DNA from: Pseudovirgaria hyperparasitica
Taxonomy: Eukaryota
Strand: one strand, 5' to 3'
Assembly: GCA_010093815.1 (NCBI GenBank)
Contig: ML996565.1
Length of the DNA: 64,000 nucleotides
Both the position numbers and the translations under genes were made by a program. This document shows, in pieces, positions 30,363-43,182 of the stretch (positions are counted from its first letter, which is position 1; the number at the start of each line of letters is the position of its first letter). The notes beneath the pieces were generated by a model. It was not told where the DNA came from. It did no database searches and worked only from the letters and a program-made list of their open reading frames with translations.

Positions 30363-31435
30363 TCAGTACGAGGTGTCAATCCAGCTGGTATCCCCACCCC
30401 AAAGCTGGCCTTTCGTCACACTAGCTTTAGATGCAGTCAAGTACTTCCTCGCACTTGTATTGCTACCATCACCCGTGTTCTGATACTCCATGTAAACAGG
30501 CGTCGCGCCCTCCGCCATAGTCGTCCATCCGGCAGCATTGATGATATTCGACAGCGAATTATACTGATAGATCACCCTTGCTAAAACCCTCCACGGCCTG
30601 CCAAGATACACCTTACCAGCGAGCGACTGCCCATCCACCCCGGCGACCGTGCTGTGATCAAACACATACCACGTCGTGTCACTCGCCACTTCACGCGAAT
30701 TTGCAGTGATGTACCCTCCGCCGTTACTTCTGATAGTGCACTCGCCGAACCATGCCGCAGCGTCACCGAAGATATAGTCGACGGCCCCCTCGATGTAGCA
30801 ATTCGAGTAGTACTGGAATCCGCTCTTCGCGTAGAGCGTGTCTTGGTATCCCTTGAACGAGCAGCCATAGAAGCCTTGCTTGTTGCCGTTTGCCGTGACT
30901 GCGACTGCTTGTGTGCCGGCGCCATAACCGTTTACGAAATTGATGTTGTAGGCGCGGAAGTTTGCCGATTTGATGTTCGCGGTGGCCGAGGCGTCGAGGG
31001 AGCCGGCGGCTGTGGACGTTTGTGTGTATGTCAGGATTACGGTGTTGGATTTATATGTGCCAGTGCTGCGGCGTGTTAGTCATTGGGCATTTAGCCTACA
31101 CGGCTACTGCGACTTCAGAAGGAGGCATACTTTGTGGTGTATCCATAGATTGTCAGCGCTCCTTTGTACTGGACGACGATCTGCTCCTTGTACGTCCCCG
31201 AGTAGACGAATATACAGGCTGCAGCCGTGCTCGACGTGCCTAGTTTCGACAGCGCCGCTCCGAATGTCGCATATTCGCCTGACTGCGTGTTCGAGCCACG
31301 GACCGTCAAACAGCCGGACGGTGTGGACGTTCGAGCCGCACGCTTGACAAGCTCGACCGGGGTGGGCACAGGCGTTGCAAACACATAATGCAGCAGCAGA
31401 GAGAGAACAAACGTAATGAGACTCGTGTACTGCAT
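30363..31435 (-). CDS. Secreted pectin methylesterase (CE8)
   Basis: Signal peptide; GTYKEQ, QAVAV, GYQDTLY, GAVDYIFG and YLGRPW motifs; intron 31066-31130. Confidence 0.96.
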
Positions 31436-32187
31436 CGTGAGACGAGGGTGTCTATCAAGAAGAAGTGTCGATGTTCTGAGCTGTAATTGCTTGTCGAAGC
31501 TTATAATGTTCAATGTCCGCGTTCAGTACTGTTTATAGCTGCACAATACGCGAACACATGTTCGCCATGGTGGGTCCGGAAAATCATATCTGATGTCTCA
31601 TATACACTCTAGATGAGAAATAGAGTCGATTGCGACTCATGACCAGCCTATCGAGTAGCCCTTCAGCCTGATGTGACCTCAAGAGGGCCATGTAATTACC
31701 CCATATGGCATAAGATGTCTCAGACCCACCGGAACCGATCTCCCTGGATGTCTCAGTCCAGATACAGATTCCTTGGTCTGCATGACACTGTATAGACGAC
31801 AATGCGGGGAGGTAGGGATTCTGCATGGGTATAGACGAGGCTGGTGCTGTTCAACGGGCCGTCGGTGAAATGAAACATCCATACCAACCTTTGCCATTGG
31901 CCGTACTTAACAGTCCTACCACATCTAATCAAATCAACATAGATCAACAAACACAATTAAATAGATGAGCTTTCGGATAAATCTGTCCACAGCGAGATAT
32001 TAGAGTCAAACTGAGAGGCATTAGGGGCTGAGTGAATACAATGAAGACATGATGATCCTCTATTTGAATGATGGAAACGTAAAGATGATGAACACATGCC
32101 TTGTATTCAAAGTGTATATAAACCAATCATGACCATGGCTTAATGCCAGATACATGCGATATAAAACCAATTTGCAAAAGAATCAAC

Positions 32188-33414
32188 ATGCAGCTCAATA
32201 CAGCTCTCTTCTTGGCGCTGCTTGTCACTCCATACACAACAGCCGCTCCTTCAACAGTCAACAGGTCGCCTTCACGTCTCCAGCAACGTGCAGTCTGCAC
32301 TCCTACATCAGCTGGTTCCGCCAGTAAAGATGACGTCCCTGCTATTCAAGCTGCCATAGCTTCATGTGGCAATGGGGGAACCATAGTCATACCGGCGGGC
32401 AAGACATATCAAATTCGCTCTATGCTCTCCCTCGCCGGATGCGTCGGCTGTGACTTTCAGCTTGAGGGCACACTCAAGGTCTCCGATGACACGGACTATT
32501 GGAATAACAAGCAAGCCATCATCCTCTTAAGCGGCATCAAAGGTGCAAAGTTCCGCAGCTTGACCGGCGGCGGGCTATTAGACGGCAACGGCCAGGCAGC
32601 ATGGGAACGGTTTGCAGCAGATAACTCATACGGCCGGCCAACGCTTCACTCCATTACGAAGTCTTCATCTGACATCTTGGTATCGAACTTGAGGGTCAAG
32701 AATGCCCCAAATGTCTTCTTTGTCGCAACGAGCGGCTCGACGAACATCCGCTACGAACACCTGTATATGACTGCAGTATCGAGCAGTAGCACTGCTCCCA
32801 AGAATACGGACGGGTTTGATATCTCAAGCTCTTACACAAATATGTACAACATCTCAGTGTCTAACCAAGATGATTGCGTCGCGTTCAAACCGGGCGCGAA
32901 CTATGTCACAGTCGACACAATAACATGTAAGGGATCCCATGGATTGTCAGTTGGCTCATTGGGCGGAGGAGTAGGATCTTCAGATTCGGTTACAAACATC
33001 TACGTGAAGAATGCGAACATGCAAACCTCGAGCAAGGCTGTCGGAATCAAGCTGTATCCCGGCGGCTCTTCACACGGTACTGCGACAGTGAGCAACGTGA
33101 CTTGGGACGGAGTCACTGTTTCCTCGTGCGACTATGCAGCACAGATCCAGAGTTGTTATAACGAGGATGCAAGCTATTGTACTTCGTCTCCAAGTACAGC
33201 AAAGCTCTCGAAAGTGTATTTCAAGAACTTCAAAGGGACAACAAGTTCAAAGTACAGTCCGACAACAGCGAACATGAATTGTCCTAAGGGTGGGACATGT
33301 GACATTCATTTCGAGAACTGGACGGTGAAGCCCGCTAGTGGTACAGGAAGAGTACTGTGCATTAACACGCCTAGTAATATTGGGGTGACTTGCACATCGG
33401 GTGCTTCAGGATAA
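32188..33414 (+). CDS. xghA: Secreted GH28 endo-xylogalacturonan hydrolase
   Basis: Signal peptide; NTDGFD, QDDC and GSHGLSVGSLG motifs; GIK in place of RIK and the C-terminus GVTCTSGASG match the XghA subfamily as I recall it; intronless. Confidence 0.88.
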   Translation: MQLNTALFLALLVTPYTTAAPSTVNRSPSRLQQRAVCTPTSAGSASKDDVPAIQAAIASCGNGGTIVIPAGKTYQIRSMLSLAGCVGCDFQLEGTLKVSDDTDYWNNKQAIILLSGIKGAKFRSLTGGGLLDGNGQAAWERFAADNSYGRPTLHSITKSSSDILVSNLRVKNAPNVFFVATSGSTNIRYEHLYMTAVSSSSTAPKNTDGFDISSSYTNMYNISVSNQDDCVAFKPGANYVTVDTITCKGSHGLSVGSLGGGVGSSDSVTNIYVKNANMQTSSKAVGIKLYPGGSSHGTATVSNVTWDGVTVSSCDYAAQIQSCYNEDASYCTSSPSTAKLSKVYFKNFKGTTSSKYSPTTANMNCPKGGTCDIHFENWTVKPASGTGRVLCINTPSNIGVTCTSGASG

Positions 33415-33519
33415 GGACCTGTTTCTCTCTAGCTTTTATGTATAAATTGCATCGTACATCGTAGACGAGCCTCCAAATGATCATGACCAAGAAATAGTCA
33501 TTGTTCATGATGATAGTCT

Positions 33520-35499
33520 TCATCCGTCGCCGGCATCGCCTTCATCATCCGAGTCGAGTGTTGCCTTCGTTGTTTGCTTCTGTGTCGATTTGCCTTTCTT
33601 GTCATAAAGACCTTTGACAGCATCTACACCCTTCGAGCTCAGGAAGAGAAATTCTCTGTCCGTCCAGCAGTCCACGTGCTTGAAGAAGGAACGGAACTCA
33701 CCCTTTTCCTCCTCGGTATGCCAGATATGTTCATAAATATACTGTTGCTTGAACTCTTCAATGGGTTTCTCGTACGCGCTGAAGTCGATCGCGCCTTTAT
33801 CATACGCCTTGGCGTGCTTGTTGTTGTAAGTCTCAAATACAGGCCGTTCCAGTAATAGGCCTAAACCAGGTGCTTTGGGTATGGATAGTCGTACATCCGT
33901 GAAGGAATCTTCAAGCAGACTTAGAGGTGATCCACAGCGTACCGCCAGAACTGCCATCCCGACCATCTTACGGATCTGATGCATCATGAATGATTGTCCG
34001 TGAACCTTCAGGGATATCCATTCGCTACCATGCTTCTCGAAGGGCTCTGAGGCAACGAAAGATTTGATGTGTCGTTTGACGGAAGGGTCTGTGAAGGACT
34101 TGAAGACGGTGTAGTTGTGGAAGCGTTTCATGCCTTCATACATACGAAGGGCTTCTTGAAGACGTTGCCGACGAACATCACTGAGGCGGAATGCCTTGTG
34201 CGCTTCACGATAAGCATCACGGACCTGATGGACGTACGATTTATACTTCAGCCTTTGTTTCTCGTCTAGGGTCTCAAGAGCTTTCTCCTTGAGCTGATTC
34301 CGTGTTTCTTTAGCATCCTCATGGTTTTGGTCGGTGTTTTCGGCGTCTTCCACCTCCAGGTTCTCTGGGCATTCTTCAGGGGCGTTGGCAGCATCGCAAG
34401 GGCTCTCGGTCTGGACGTCGCTTTTTTCGCCTGAAGCCCTGTTTAGATGGCCCTTCTGGATCTCATCGAGGTCAAAGATGATATCTTCATCGAAAAACAC
34501 CTTCTCGACCATCGGGCGAAGTTCTTCGTCCATGCCGTCCAACATCGGTCGGATTGTGGTCGACTCGAAATCTTCCCAAAAGCCCTTCAAATCAGCTTGT
34601 CGGGCTTGATAGCCTTCCAAATCATTCTCCTCTTTGGCTATCTGCACCAATGTCCTTCCAAGAAAGCTGCTGGGTCGGGGTGGTAGTAGGGCGTGCGTGG
34701 GTAGCAGATACTCGTACCACCTCGAATCGCATAAGGTATAGCAGCTGAAGCTTGAAATCGTGCGCTCAAAGCCCCAGACTCGAATTTGGGGGTTCAGTTT
34801 CTCATTGATCTTTTCAACAATGTTCGGATCCTCAATTATCATATTGAGTGATATGACATTGCCTGCGGCGTGAACACCTTTGTCCGTTCTCGCACAGCGT
34901 ACAAGTGCCACCTTTTTCGGATCAGTAGCATTGGCTTTGGATACAGCGCCTGCTTCGACGAATGCCGTAAATAAATCGCCTTCGATAGTGCGTTCGCTGT
35001 GAGATATTTGCATTCCTCTATACCCTGTACCGGAATATCCGACCAGAACCGCAACTTTACGCTTCGGCTTTCGTTCCTCAGCAGCGATCTCTTCGGCGGA
35101 GAAGGGCCCTGGAAGCATGGGATTGATATTTAGTCCAGCCTCAGCGCGAGCGCGCTGCTTCGCCTGCTCTTCATCGTTACGCTGACGCCTGTCAGTACGC
35201 TCTCTGAAGTATTGACCACGTCCAGCATCTCGCTCTCGCTCTCGTTTCGACGCGCGTGGTTTCCTTCCTTCTCGTCCACTCTTTTCAGAGCGAAGTCGCT
35301 TACCAGAACGATCGGGTCTGTCTGTGATGTCATCGCCTTCGTTTTCTCGAGAGCGTTTCGCTTCTCCACTCTCGCCTGCCAATTCAGATAGTTTTCCAGG
35401 TTCGTGTTGTCGTCCGACGAATTCATGGACTTGCGACGTTTGGCATTGCGAAATCGCCAACTTACGTTCCGGTTCTGGATCTTGTGGAAGTGAGGCCAT
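33520..35499 (-). CDS. PUS1: tRNA pseudouridine synthase 1
   Basis: KVAVLVGYSGTGYRGMQ, catalytic ARTDKGVHA, GQSFMMHQIRKM and APGLGLLL; a possible in-frame 90-nt intron at 35465-35376. Confidence 0.95.
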   Translation of the reverse strand: MASLPQDPEPERKLAISQCQTSQVHEFVGRQHEPGKLSELAGESGEAKRSRENEGDDITDRPDRSGKRLRSEKSGREGRKPRASKRERERDAGRGQYFRERTDRRQRNDEEQAKQRARAEAGLNINPMLPGPFSAEEIAAEERKPKRKVAVLVGYSGTGYRGMQISHSERTIEGDLFTAFVEAGAVSKANATDPKKVALVRCARTDKGVHAAGNVISLNMIIEDPNIVEKINEKLNPQIRVWGFERTISSFSCYTLCDSRWYEYLLPTHALLPPRPSSFLGRTLVQIAKEENDLEGYQARQADLKGFWEDFESTTIRPMLDGMDEELRPMVEKVFFDEDIIFDLDEIQKGHLNRASGEKSDVQTESPCDAANAPEECPENLEVEDAENTDQNHEDAKETRNQLKEKALETLDEKQRLKYKSYVHQVRDAYREAHKAFRLSDVRRQRLQEALRMYEGMKRFHNYTVFKSFTDPSVKRHIKSFVASEPFEKHGSEWISLKVHGQSFMMHQIRKMVGMAVLAVRCGSPLSLLEDSFTDVRLSIPKAPGLGLLLERPVFETYNNKHAKAYDKGAIDFSAYEKPIEEFKQQYIYEHIWHTEEEKGEFRSFFKHVDCWTDREFLFLSSKGVDAVKGLYDKKGKSTQKQTTKATLDSDDEGDAGDG

Positions 35500-36059
35500 C
35501 TTTGCGGGACGATCGAAGGTATGAAGCTCAAGCTACGAGCGGTCTGAACAAAAGAATGCGCCCGCATAGAACTGTAGAACGGACAGGGGGGATGGCGGGT
35601 AATTATCGAAGTAACATCATGAGAGCTCAAGCATGGGAGCACAAGCTACTAGAGTCCTTAGCGCGAAACAAAAAAAATTACTCGCTTCAATCCACATCTC
35701 CGCTAAACCGGAGGGAGTGGCTCAGCCCTACGTGGGCGATTCAACCTAAGTACAGAACAGGTGCATCAAGAACAACCTCACAGTGATCCCGCGTAGGCAC
35801 GCCTAGGCTCGGTATTTTCATCCCTCACTTTACGCACTCTCATAGTCCCGGAAGAGCTTCGATTGTCTAGAGCAGCGCTGCGATCATTGAATGCGCTACA
35901 TTGCCATCGCATGGTCACATTAGCTTGATGCACTTCAGCCTGGCATACATGAATTTCTTCACCTTTTCCTAATCATATTTACGGTGTGGGTACCGTCGAA
36001 TATATCTCGATTCCATCATAACAGCCTCTGGACACGCCGACTTCCACCATAATCCAGCC

Positions 36060-37404
36060 ATGGATCTCGCTAAGATCTTGGTGCGCAGTGTTGTACGCGC
36101 CTTCTACGATATCGATGCCATCGTGGTCATTGATGCCCTAGTCAATCACTCAGCGTGAGCTTCAAGGACAGATGAATTGTAGACGGTAGACTGACCGTGG
36201 TAGCCTCTCCATCTCTGACCTAGCCACGGTACTTATGGATGGTAACAACCAGAAGAATGCGCAAAAGATATGTGGAAAGTTGCGTGAGGGCGGACTAATC
36301 TCTGTGTATGGAATACTAGTATTCTTTATTTCTATATTGGCTGACATGCGCTGCAGTTACGTGCGTCAAGAAATCAAAGAGGGCGCAATGAAGCCGACAA
36401 ACAAAGAATATTTCTACATAGACTACCGACGGGCGATCGATGCGACCAAATACAGAGTTCATATGCTGGACGAACGAATAAAGGCTGAAAGCAAACCAAC
36501 GCAAGAGAAAAAGGAGCTGCAATGTCCCACATGTCGCGCGGAGTACACCACAATGGAGGTACTGGACAGCAGAGACTCCTTCAATATGGGTAGCGGTTTC
36601 ACCTGCAAAAGATGTGGCAGCGTCTTGAAGATGATTAATACAGACGGAGACGCTATTCACGATGCAGATGATACGCCGGCGAAGTTCAACAAGCAGTTTG
36701 GCCGACTCCTGAACCTACTCCAGCAGATCGACAACACGTCCATCCCACCCAGTTCCGGAGAAGAGGCGCTGGCCAACCAGTTACCCGTCCCGCGTGCTAC
36801 AAACAACCCCGGAGCGAAGCCAGCTACAGTCGTGGTCCAGCCACTCAAGCCTACCGCCGTCAAAGGAATAACCAGTGGACCCGAGAAGCTCGACATCAAC
36901 ATCACCGACGACGCATCTGTGACTGCCGCAGAACAGGCCGCAGCCGCAGCACAGGCCGCAAAGATCGCACAACAAAACATTCTTCCAGAATGGCATACGC
37001 ACTCCACTATTACTGGCGAGAGAGCTAAAGCTGGCGTGCAGCAGACAGCGACACCGGAGACACCAAACTCAGCACTCGGCCTCCGCGCAGGGGAAGGCGA
37101 CGTCGAGGAAGACAAGAAGGGCCCTAGCGGAGACGCGACCTTGGACGAATACTTTGCCTCGCTAGAAGCAGAGCAAGAAAGAAAGCAACTAGAGGGCTCG
37201 GGCTCCGAGGACGATGAGGACGACGATGATGAATTCGAAGATGTGGTGCCCGTGCCGCCGGTCGTGTCGGCAGATATCGCACGGGAAGCCAAGAGAGTGA
37301 AGACTGAGGCAAATGGCACTGATGGAACATCAACACCTACTGTGCCGGCCCAGGATGACGAGGGCTCTGGATCCGACGAGGACGAATTCGAGGACGCCAT
37401 TTGA
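36060..37404 (+). CDS. TFA1: Transcription initiation factor IIE alpha subunit
   Basis: MDLAKILVRSVVRAFY, YIDYRRAIDATKYR, zinc ribbon CPTC...CKRC, LPEWH and acidic tail DEDEFEDAI; introns 36155-36203 and 36306-36356. Confidence 0.93.
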
Positions 37405-37709
37405 TGATGATGTTGCATAGCGAAGGCGTTTGGGAAGGTGGCATTGTGTGGCGTTACACGGGTGCTACAGAAAGTATGCATTCTTGGGAGCATTACTTTA
37501 CTTAACTTGTAGCATACCCCGAGTTTCTATTTCTATCAGTAACAGGGCAAAAGTACAAAGAAATGGCAGGACCAGACTGACCATCAACTCGGGTAGCCCG
37601 CCATTAGTCGACTTAGCAGCTGACCGTATCAGGCAATACTACCACTACATATTCACTATTAAATGCTATTCCATATTATATCACAAAGCAAGCCTACGAT
37701 GCTACGACA

Positions 37710-37739
37710 GTTCGTATGTGTATTGTTCGTATGTGTATT
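37710..37739. repeat. Tandem duplication of the 15-mer GTTCGTATGTGTATT
   Basis: Two exact adjacent copies between the convergent TFA1 and phosphate-carrier 3' ends. Confidence 0.85.
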
Positions 37740-37821
37740 ATATTACCATGAATAACCACCATCGCATGATCGCTCGAAGAACTATGAACAAACACCACAT
37801 CGTCTAAACCTCTCATCTATC

Positions 37822-38799
37822 TCAATGTCCCCCAGTCGTGGGCAGCCCCAACGCGACCTTGAACGAATCGTAAATAAGCCACTGAAACGCCGTCAACGTC
37901 CCGATCATTGCAATTCGGACCGGCAAACCATTCCACAGTCCCGCGAACCCAATATTTCCATAAATTCTCCCGATTGCCTTTGTCGCCGCCTCGCCCGCTT
38001 TGCGGTCGTTGTTCAGCTTGCTCACCATCACATCCGCCGGATGTGAGATGACCGCGCACGCGACACCAGCGATGTATCCGCCCGCAAAGGACACTCCCGT
38101 CTGCGCCAGCTTACCATAGCTATCCTTTGGCGAGCCAAGGAAGCCGTAGATCTGACTGACGGCCTCCTCAAATGTGGCAAACTTGCACATCGTATACGGA
38201 ATCTGGCGAGCCCACAGCGGATACAGACCCTTGTACAAGCCCGCGAATCCTTCTTCCCTGACCACTTTTCCCCAGCCCTCTCTCAGCGTGTGCGCGAACG
38301 GCGGCACACTCGTCTGCATGCGCACCTTGATGGCCTCGAACGGACACAGGAAGATATCAGCGAAGAACTCTGCCGAGGCAGAGGCACCGAGGTACACGAG
38401 GGTTTTGTTGGTGTTAGGAAAGGCCTTTTCTCCGTATGCGTACTTGAAGACTTCGTACAGGCCGTATTTGCCAGCGCCCTGGAAGGCGTAGCCGACGAAG
38501 GTGGGCGACCAGCCGAGGAAGACGCCGCGGAGGCCTTCCCCTTTGTAGATCTTGGACCACCCCTGAAGGTTAGATTTATAGATTTTGGGGTCAACTTGAC
38601 GGCGGCATTTTACCTATAGGAGACTTCAGTATGGGAGGGCTTTTATGGTTCCTGAGACGAGAGATGCACGTACGAGATCGAGAGGGGTGACGGAGGCGTG
38701 GGTTGGGCCACAGGCAATGATGCCGCCGAGGGTACAGGCGCCGAAGTATGTGCCAGAGAAAAGCTCGATTTTCTTCTGGGGTTTGAGTTTTTCTGCCAT
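37822..38799 (-). CDS. Mitochondrial phosphate carrier (Pic2-like)
   Basis: Three carrier repeats ([27 protein letters not shown]); [11 protein letters not shown]; intron 38614-38673. Confidence 0.95.
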
Positions 38800-39783
38800 G
38801 GCAGGTTTTTTTGTGATGTGCAGGCCTAGCTCTTCAACTAAGAAATGGTGGAGATTCGAGGAAATCAGAGCGGTCGCGTGGGCAGGTTCGATGGATAGCT
38901 CTACTCAGGATATTATGATGTTCAGGACAGTCGTTTGGAAGCAATTGAAATCGCTAGCCAGCTGGCTTTAAAAGAGGCGTTTCGCACGACAGCCGTGACC
39001 CAACGTGACAGAAAGTGATAGGTACGGAAAAAACACCGGCACACGGCACGATTCAACTTGATAAGCTTTTCAAGCTTTCACCATTGAGCAGGGACGGGAT
39101 TGCGCGGATGCCAGTGGTTTGGTGTGTTAGTAGGTCGCGCGCGTTATCGCCAGAATGACGTCAAGTTGGCGCGCAGCCTGCGCTAATTGTCTCTACCTTG
39201 CAGCGTCAACGGCGGCCGAGAGAGCCGACGCAGACATGGATGGACCAAGATGTCAACTTCAACGTACCAGGTTGTCTGCACGTACACTCGATGCCATTTA
39301 AGAACCTTAGTGCTTATATTTCGCTTTTGGTCTTGGCGAGCTTGTTTCCTCCTGCTCCATGACTGCAGCTAAATTGCCATCATTCATCACGCGACTTTTC
39401 AGTAGCATGGCTGGCGCAGTGTGACTTGGCACTGATATTCAATTATCTAGCATTGGCCAATGCAGATGAAATGCTATATTGCTTACCCCCTTATGGTGTA
39501 TGGTCCATATTCCACGTAACAAACATATAACTCCCAAGAAATGCTGCATCCAAGATCGCTGCTACTGAGGCGTGGCGGACGCAAGTGTCCAAATTCGTGC
39601 CCTGCGTTCACGTCGATTCTGTAGAACGCCCTCTTCCTATGCCCCTTTGATACCTAAAGTGCGCCGCGCCATATGCTTTCGTGGGTCGAATTCAAGTATG
39701 CTAACGCAATCGCTCACTTCGTCTGGTAAAGTTTGAAATCGTAATATGTCGCTATAGTATCGTCTTCTCTCTCAGTACTCTTC

Positions 39784-42015
39784 CTATTTGGGCTCGAATG
39801 GCGCTTCGCTCATGGGAACGTCGTCGGTATTTGTCGACGTATCTACAAGTGTGGAATGGCGGTATGGACTTTGGCTCATGTATTCTGGATAGTCCGCGTA
39901 CCCTGGCGAAGTGCCTGCCGAGTCTGGCAAGCTTATCGGACTTGAAGACCGGTAGCCCTCAAGGTCTTCTTCTAGAGGTGCGAAATTCCACACCTTATTT
40001 TCATGATTAGCAAAGCCATTGATATACCAAAGTACTCGTAGTGCTCTTACCTCCATAATAGTCTTACCGCCACGGCTTGCCATGATCACAGCTTTCTCCT
40101 CCTCAAACACCACTCTCCACACGGCTTCGGCCGGAGAGCTGAGCTCTCGTACCAGTATTCCACTCTTCAGATCCCAAACTTTGACACGTCCATCGCTACC
40201 TCCACTGACGATTCGAGTCTCATCAAATTGTAAACTCGTAACGCTATTGTCGTGCGCAGCTAGACGATGAATGGGTTGGTAGTTGTCCAGCGACCAGACT
40301 CGAACAGAACCGTCTGACCCTCCAGTAACAAGAACGTCGTGTCGCAATTGCAGTTGCCCGACTAGTGACGTATGTCCTTGCAGAATGGCAAGACATCTAC
40401 CGTCCGTTGGATCCCAGATCCGAACGCTGGTGTCAAGACTCCCGGTCGCTATCTTTCGCCCGTCAAAAGCAATGGCGTATATCTGACTGAAGTGACCAGT
40501 CAGCGTGCGGAGACACTTCCCTTCGGAGATACTCCATATTTTCGCCATTGTATCGTAGCTTCCAGACACGATGAGATCGCCGTGTATTTCTAAACATCGT
40601 ACACTAGCCTGGTGACCCACAAGTACATGCTTACATTGCCCACTTGGCAAGTCCCATATTCTTAGTGTTGTATCTCTGGATCCAGATATCGCGGTGTTTG
40701 AATCAGACATTTTCAAACAACGAACAGTTGATGTGTGCCCACGTAGAGTGTGCATGGGTAGTCTTGACGTTGCGGTTAGTACACTAACTGCCTTACATAC
40801 GACTGGACATAATCTTACCCTGTAGCCATGTTCCATACTCTGACATCCCTGTCGCAGCCTCCACTGACGAGAACATCTTCCCATGGAACCATTGCCCAGA
40901 CACCCATGACATGCCCTTGGAGCGTCCGTTGGTGCCCACCCTCGACGTCGAACACGTGTATCTTAGCATTGTCGAGGGCTACCACGATGTACTTATCGGT
41001 TAAGTGGAGACTCGTTACGACGCCTTGATCTGGTGTGATCTGTCTGGAGTCAACTCTCCCACCAGAGCGCCACGCAGTTTCAACCATGTATCGTTGCTTG
41101 AAATGCGACCGATAAGTCATCGCCTTTGGACGCCGTCTAATCTGTCTCATATTTGAATGTGTTCGATCAAGGCTCTCTGTCCTGAGGTCTGGTGCGCTGC
41201 TAGAGGCTCCCGCAGAGTAACTCGAATACCTGATCTGACCGAATCGCAGCACATGGGCGTAAGAAGGTGAGCTTGGCCGACCAGGTGTAGAGGCACGGTA
41301 GCCCAGCCGGGGTGTTGGAGCTGGCTCATTTGAAAGCCTTCGGTAGGCATGCTTTTCACATAGTGACTTCCATGCCATATCATCTGATACCAGTTCTCGC
41401 CATCTCCTCGAGACCTGTGAAGATCGTGCCAGCGTAGTGGGGTCATCGATGAATGTTAATATCTGGGCTCCATTAGCGCAATGAATAACGGTCAGACGGT
41501 ACATAGTTTACCCTTAGACACAGCTCGTTCGGGAGTGTCGTGAAAGGATCTTTCTTCAGACGAGGGCTGACGAATTCATGCACGAAGCTGAGCTGGTTGC
41601 TGTTGCACATATTCAACAGCTCTCCAAGAAGCCTTTGTTTTTCAGCGTCTGTCATATCACCAAAGAGCGCTCTAATATTTCTCATATTCGTATCTTCATG
41701 CTCAGAGGCTGAACTCCAATCCGGCGCTCGCTGGTGAGGTGTAGGACTCGGGGCGGGCGTGGGGGGTGATGCTGGAGCGGAAGGCAGAAGATTGTGTGGT
41801 ATCGTCGAGTTGAGAGGACTTGTTGGGGTGTGAATAGGCCTTGGTTGTGATCGAGTTATCATCCCTCGTTTCTGGCCTCGCGAGGTTGAAGAGGTGAAGA
41901 TGGCATCCTGATCTGTGTGTCCGCTTGACGCCATAGCGATGTCGTTGTCCTCCTCTATCGGTATCCCCGGACTAATCCTGCCATCCTGCTCGTTCAGTGT
42001 GAAAGCGTCCACCAT
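39784..42015 (-). CDS. F-box/WD40 repeat protein (Cdc4/Fbw7-like)
   Basis: Dimerisation region, F-box (DPFTTLPNELCLRILTFI) and multiple GH...WD repeats; introns 41463-41511, 40763-40818 and 39994-40050. Confidence 0.93.
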
Positions 42016-43182
42016 GGTAAAGGTTTGTGTGAAAACGTGCTTAGAGGCCAGGCCGTGAGGTATACAGGTGCGTAACTAACTTCGACGCTATTGGTGAAGA
42101 TCAGACTAGTTGCTTAAGACTCGGCGGAGCGAGTACACCAAGACAGTGAGAGGTTATGTGGTCTTGAGCGTATGGTGTGTTATGGCGGCTAGTCGTTCAA
42201 TGGCTTGATGAAGAGGTTGGACGGAGGTTTGGCCGCTGCTCAGCCAGCCAGCGCGGAAATATTTGATGCCCAGAACGATAGCTGGTTCCGGAGTAGAGAG
42301 CCTTCGACAATAGCAGGCGTGCTTAGCCTCGTAGGAGAGGTTGGAGGTTTACTGTTATTTAACAGTACCAGGACTGGACTGGGGATCCGCTCTCGTCGTT
42401 TTGGAAAGGCGGAATGGGCACTTGCACAGGGTGGTGGTCAGTGGTGGGTGTTCAGTAGCGCGGCTTCCTTCGTTACATAAGCTGCAACAGCAGCCGTTTG
42501 TTTGCCCCTGACACTTTTAGGGCCAGCTCCACCCCTTCAACCACACACCGTCTGTCTGACTCTGTCACAAACACGCATCACGTTCTCGGTGAAGTTCCCA
42601 GTACTCTCAGATTTTGCCTGCTGATATGATGTCTCTTCCAAATCAACGCATCTCCGCGCAATGACGTGTGCATTCACAGCTAAGCCGAGTCGCTTGATTA
42701 GGTCGACGTGGTCGTTCTGTCAATGCACACTAGGCTCATTTTATCCCTGATATTGCTGCTGTCAGGTCTGCCGCAGTGTAAATAGAATTCGTTGTCCTTC
42801 ATCTACAAGCCGTGCAGGGGCCGCCCAGAATGGCCCAAGGTGTCTTTTAAAACAGTGGTAGAGAAGGCATGTGTACTACGAATACTAACACCAGGGAAGT
42901 TACCGCGTCACATTCGAAAGGCGCTATGAAGGCAGCTTTCCATGATTTATCGGTATAGAGGTTCTATAGACACAAACAGCCTGTACTAGAACTTTACATT
43001 TCGTACTTTGACGAGAATCCACGATATTTTACACGCTGCGAACACATTAATGCTTCAAAAATTCCATATCATCTCGAACGCCATGCTATGCTATGCTTCA
43101 GGGGGAATGCTTCCTGTTACCCTCCGTACGCCAGACAAAAGAACATCTCAAGTAGCGTCTTCGAAGCATTAGGTACAAGTGA

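Noticed and set aside
36657..37493. Long antisense ORFs (278 aa opposite TFA1, 282 aa opposite NOSIP, 261 aa opposite cysA, and others)
   Set aside because: Shadow frames of real genes with biased codons; low-complexity translations with no motifs.
39156..39163. Perfect CRE palindrome TGACGTCA upstream of the phosphate carrier
   Set aside because: A single 8-mer; about one is expected by chance in 64 kb, and there is no supporting evidence.
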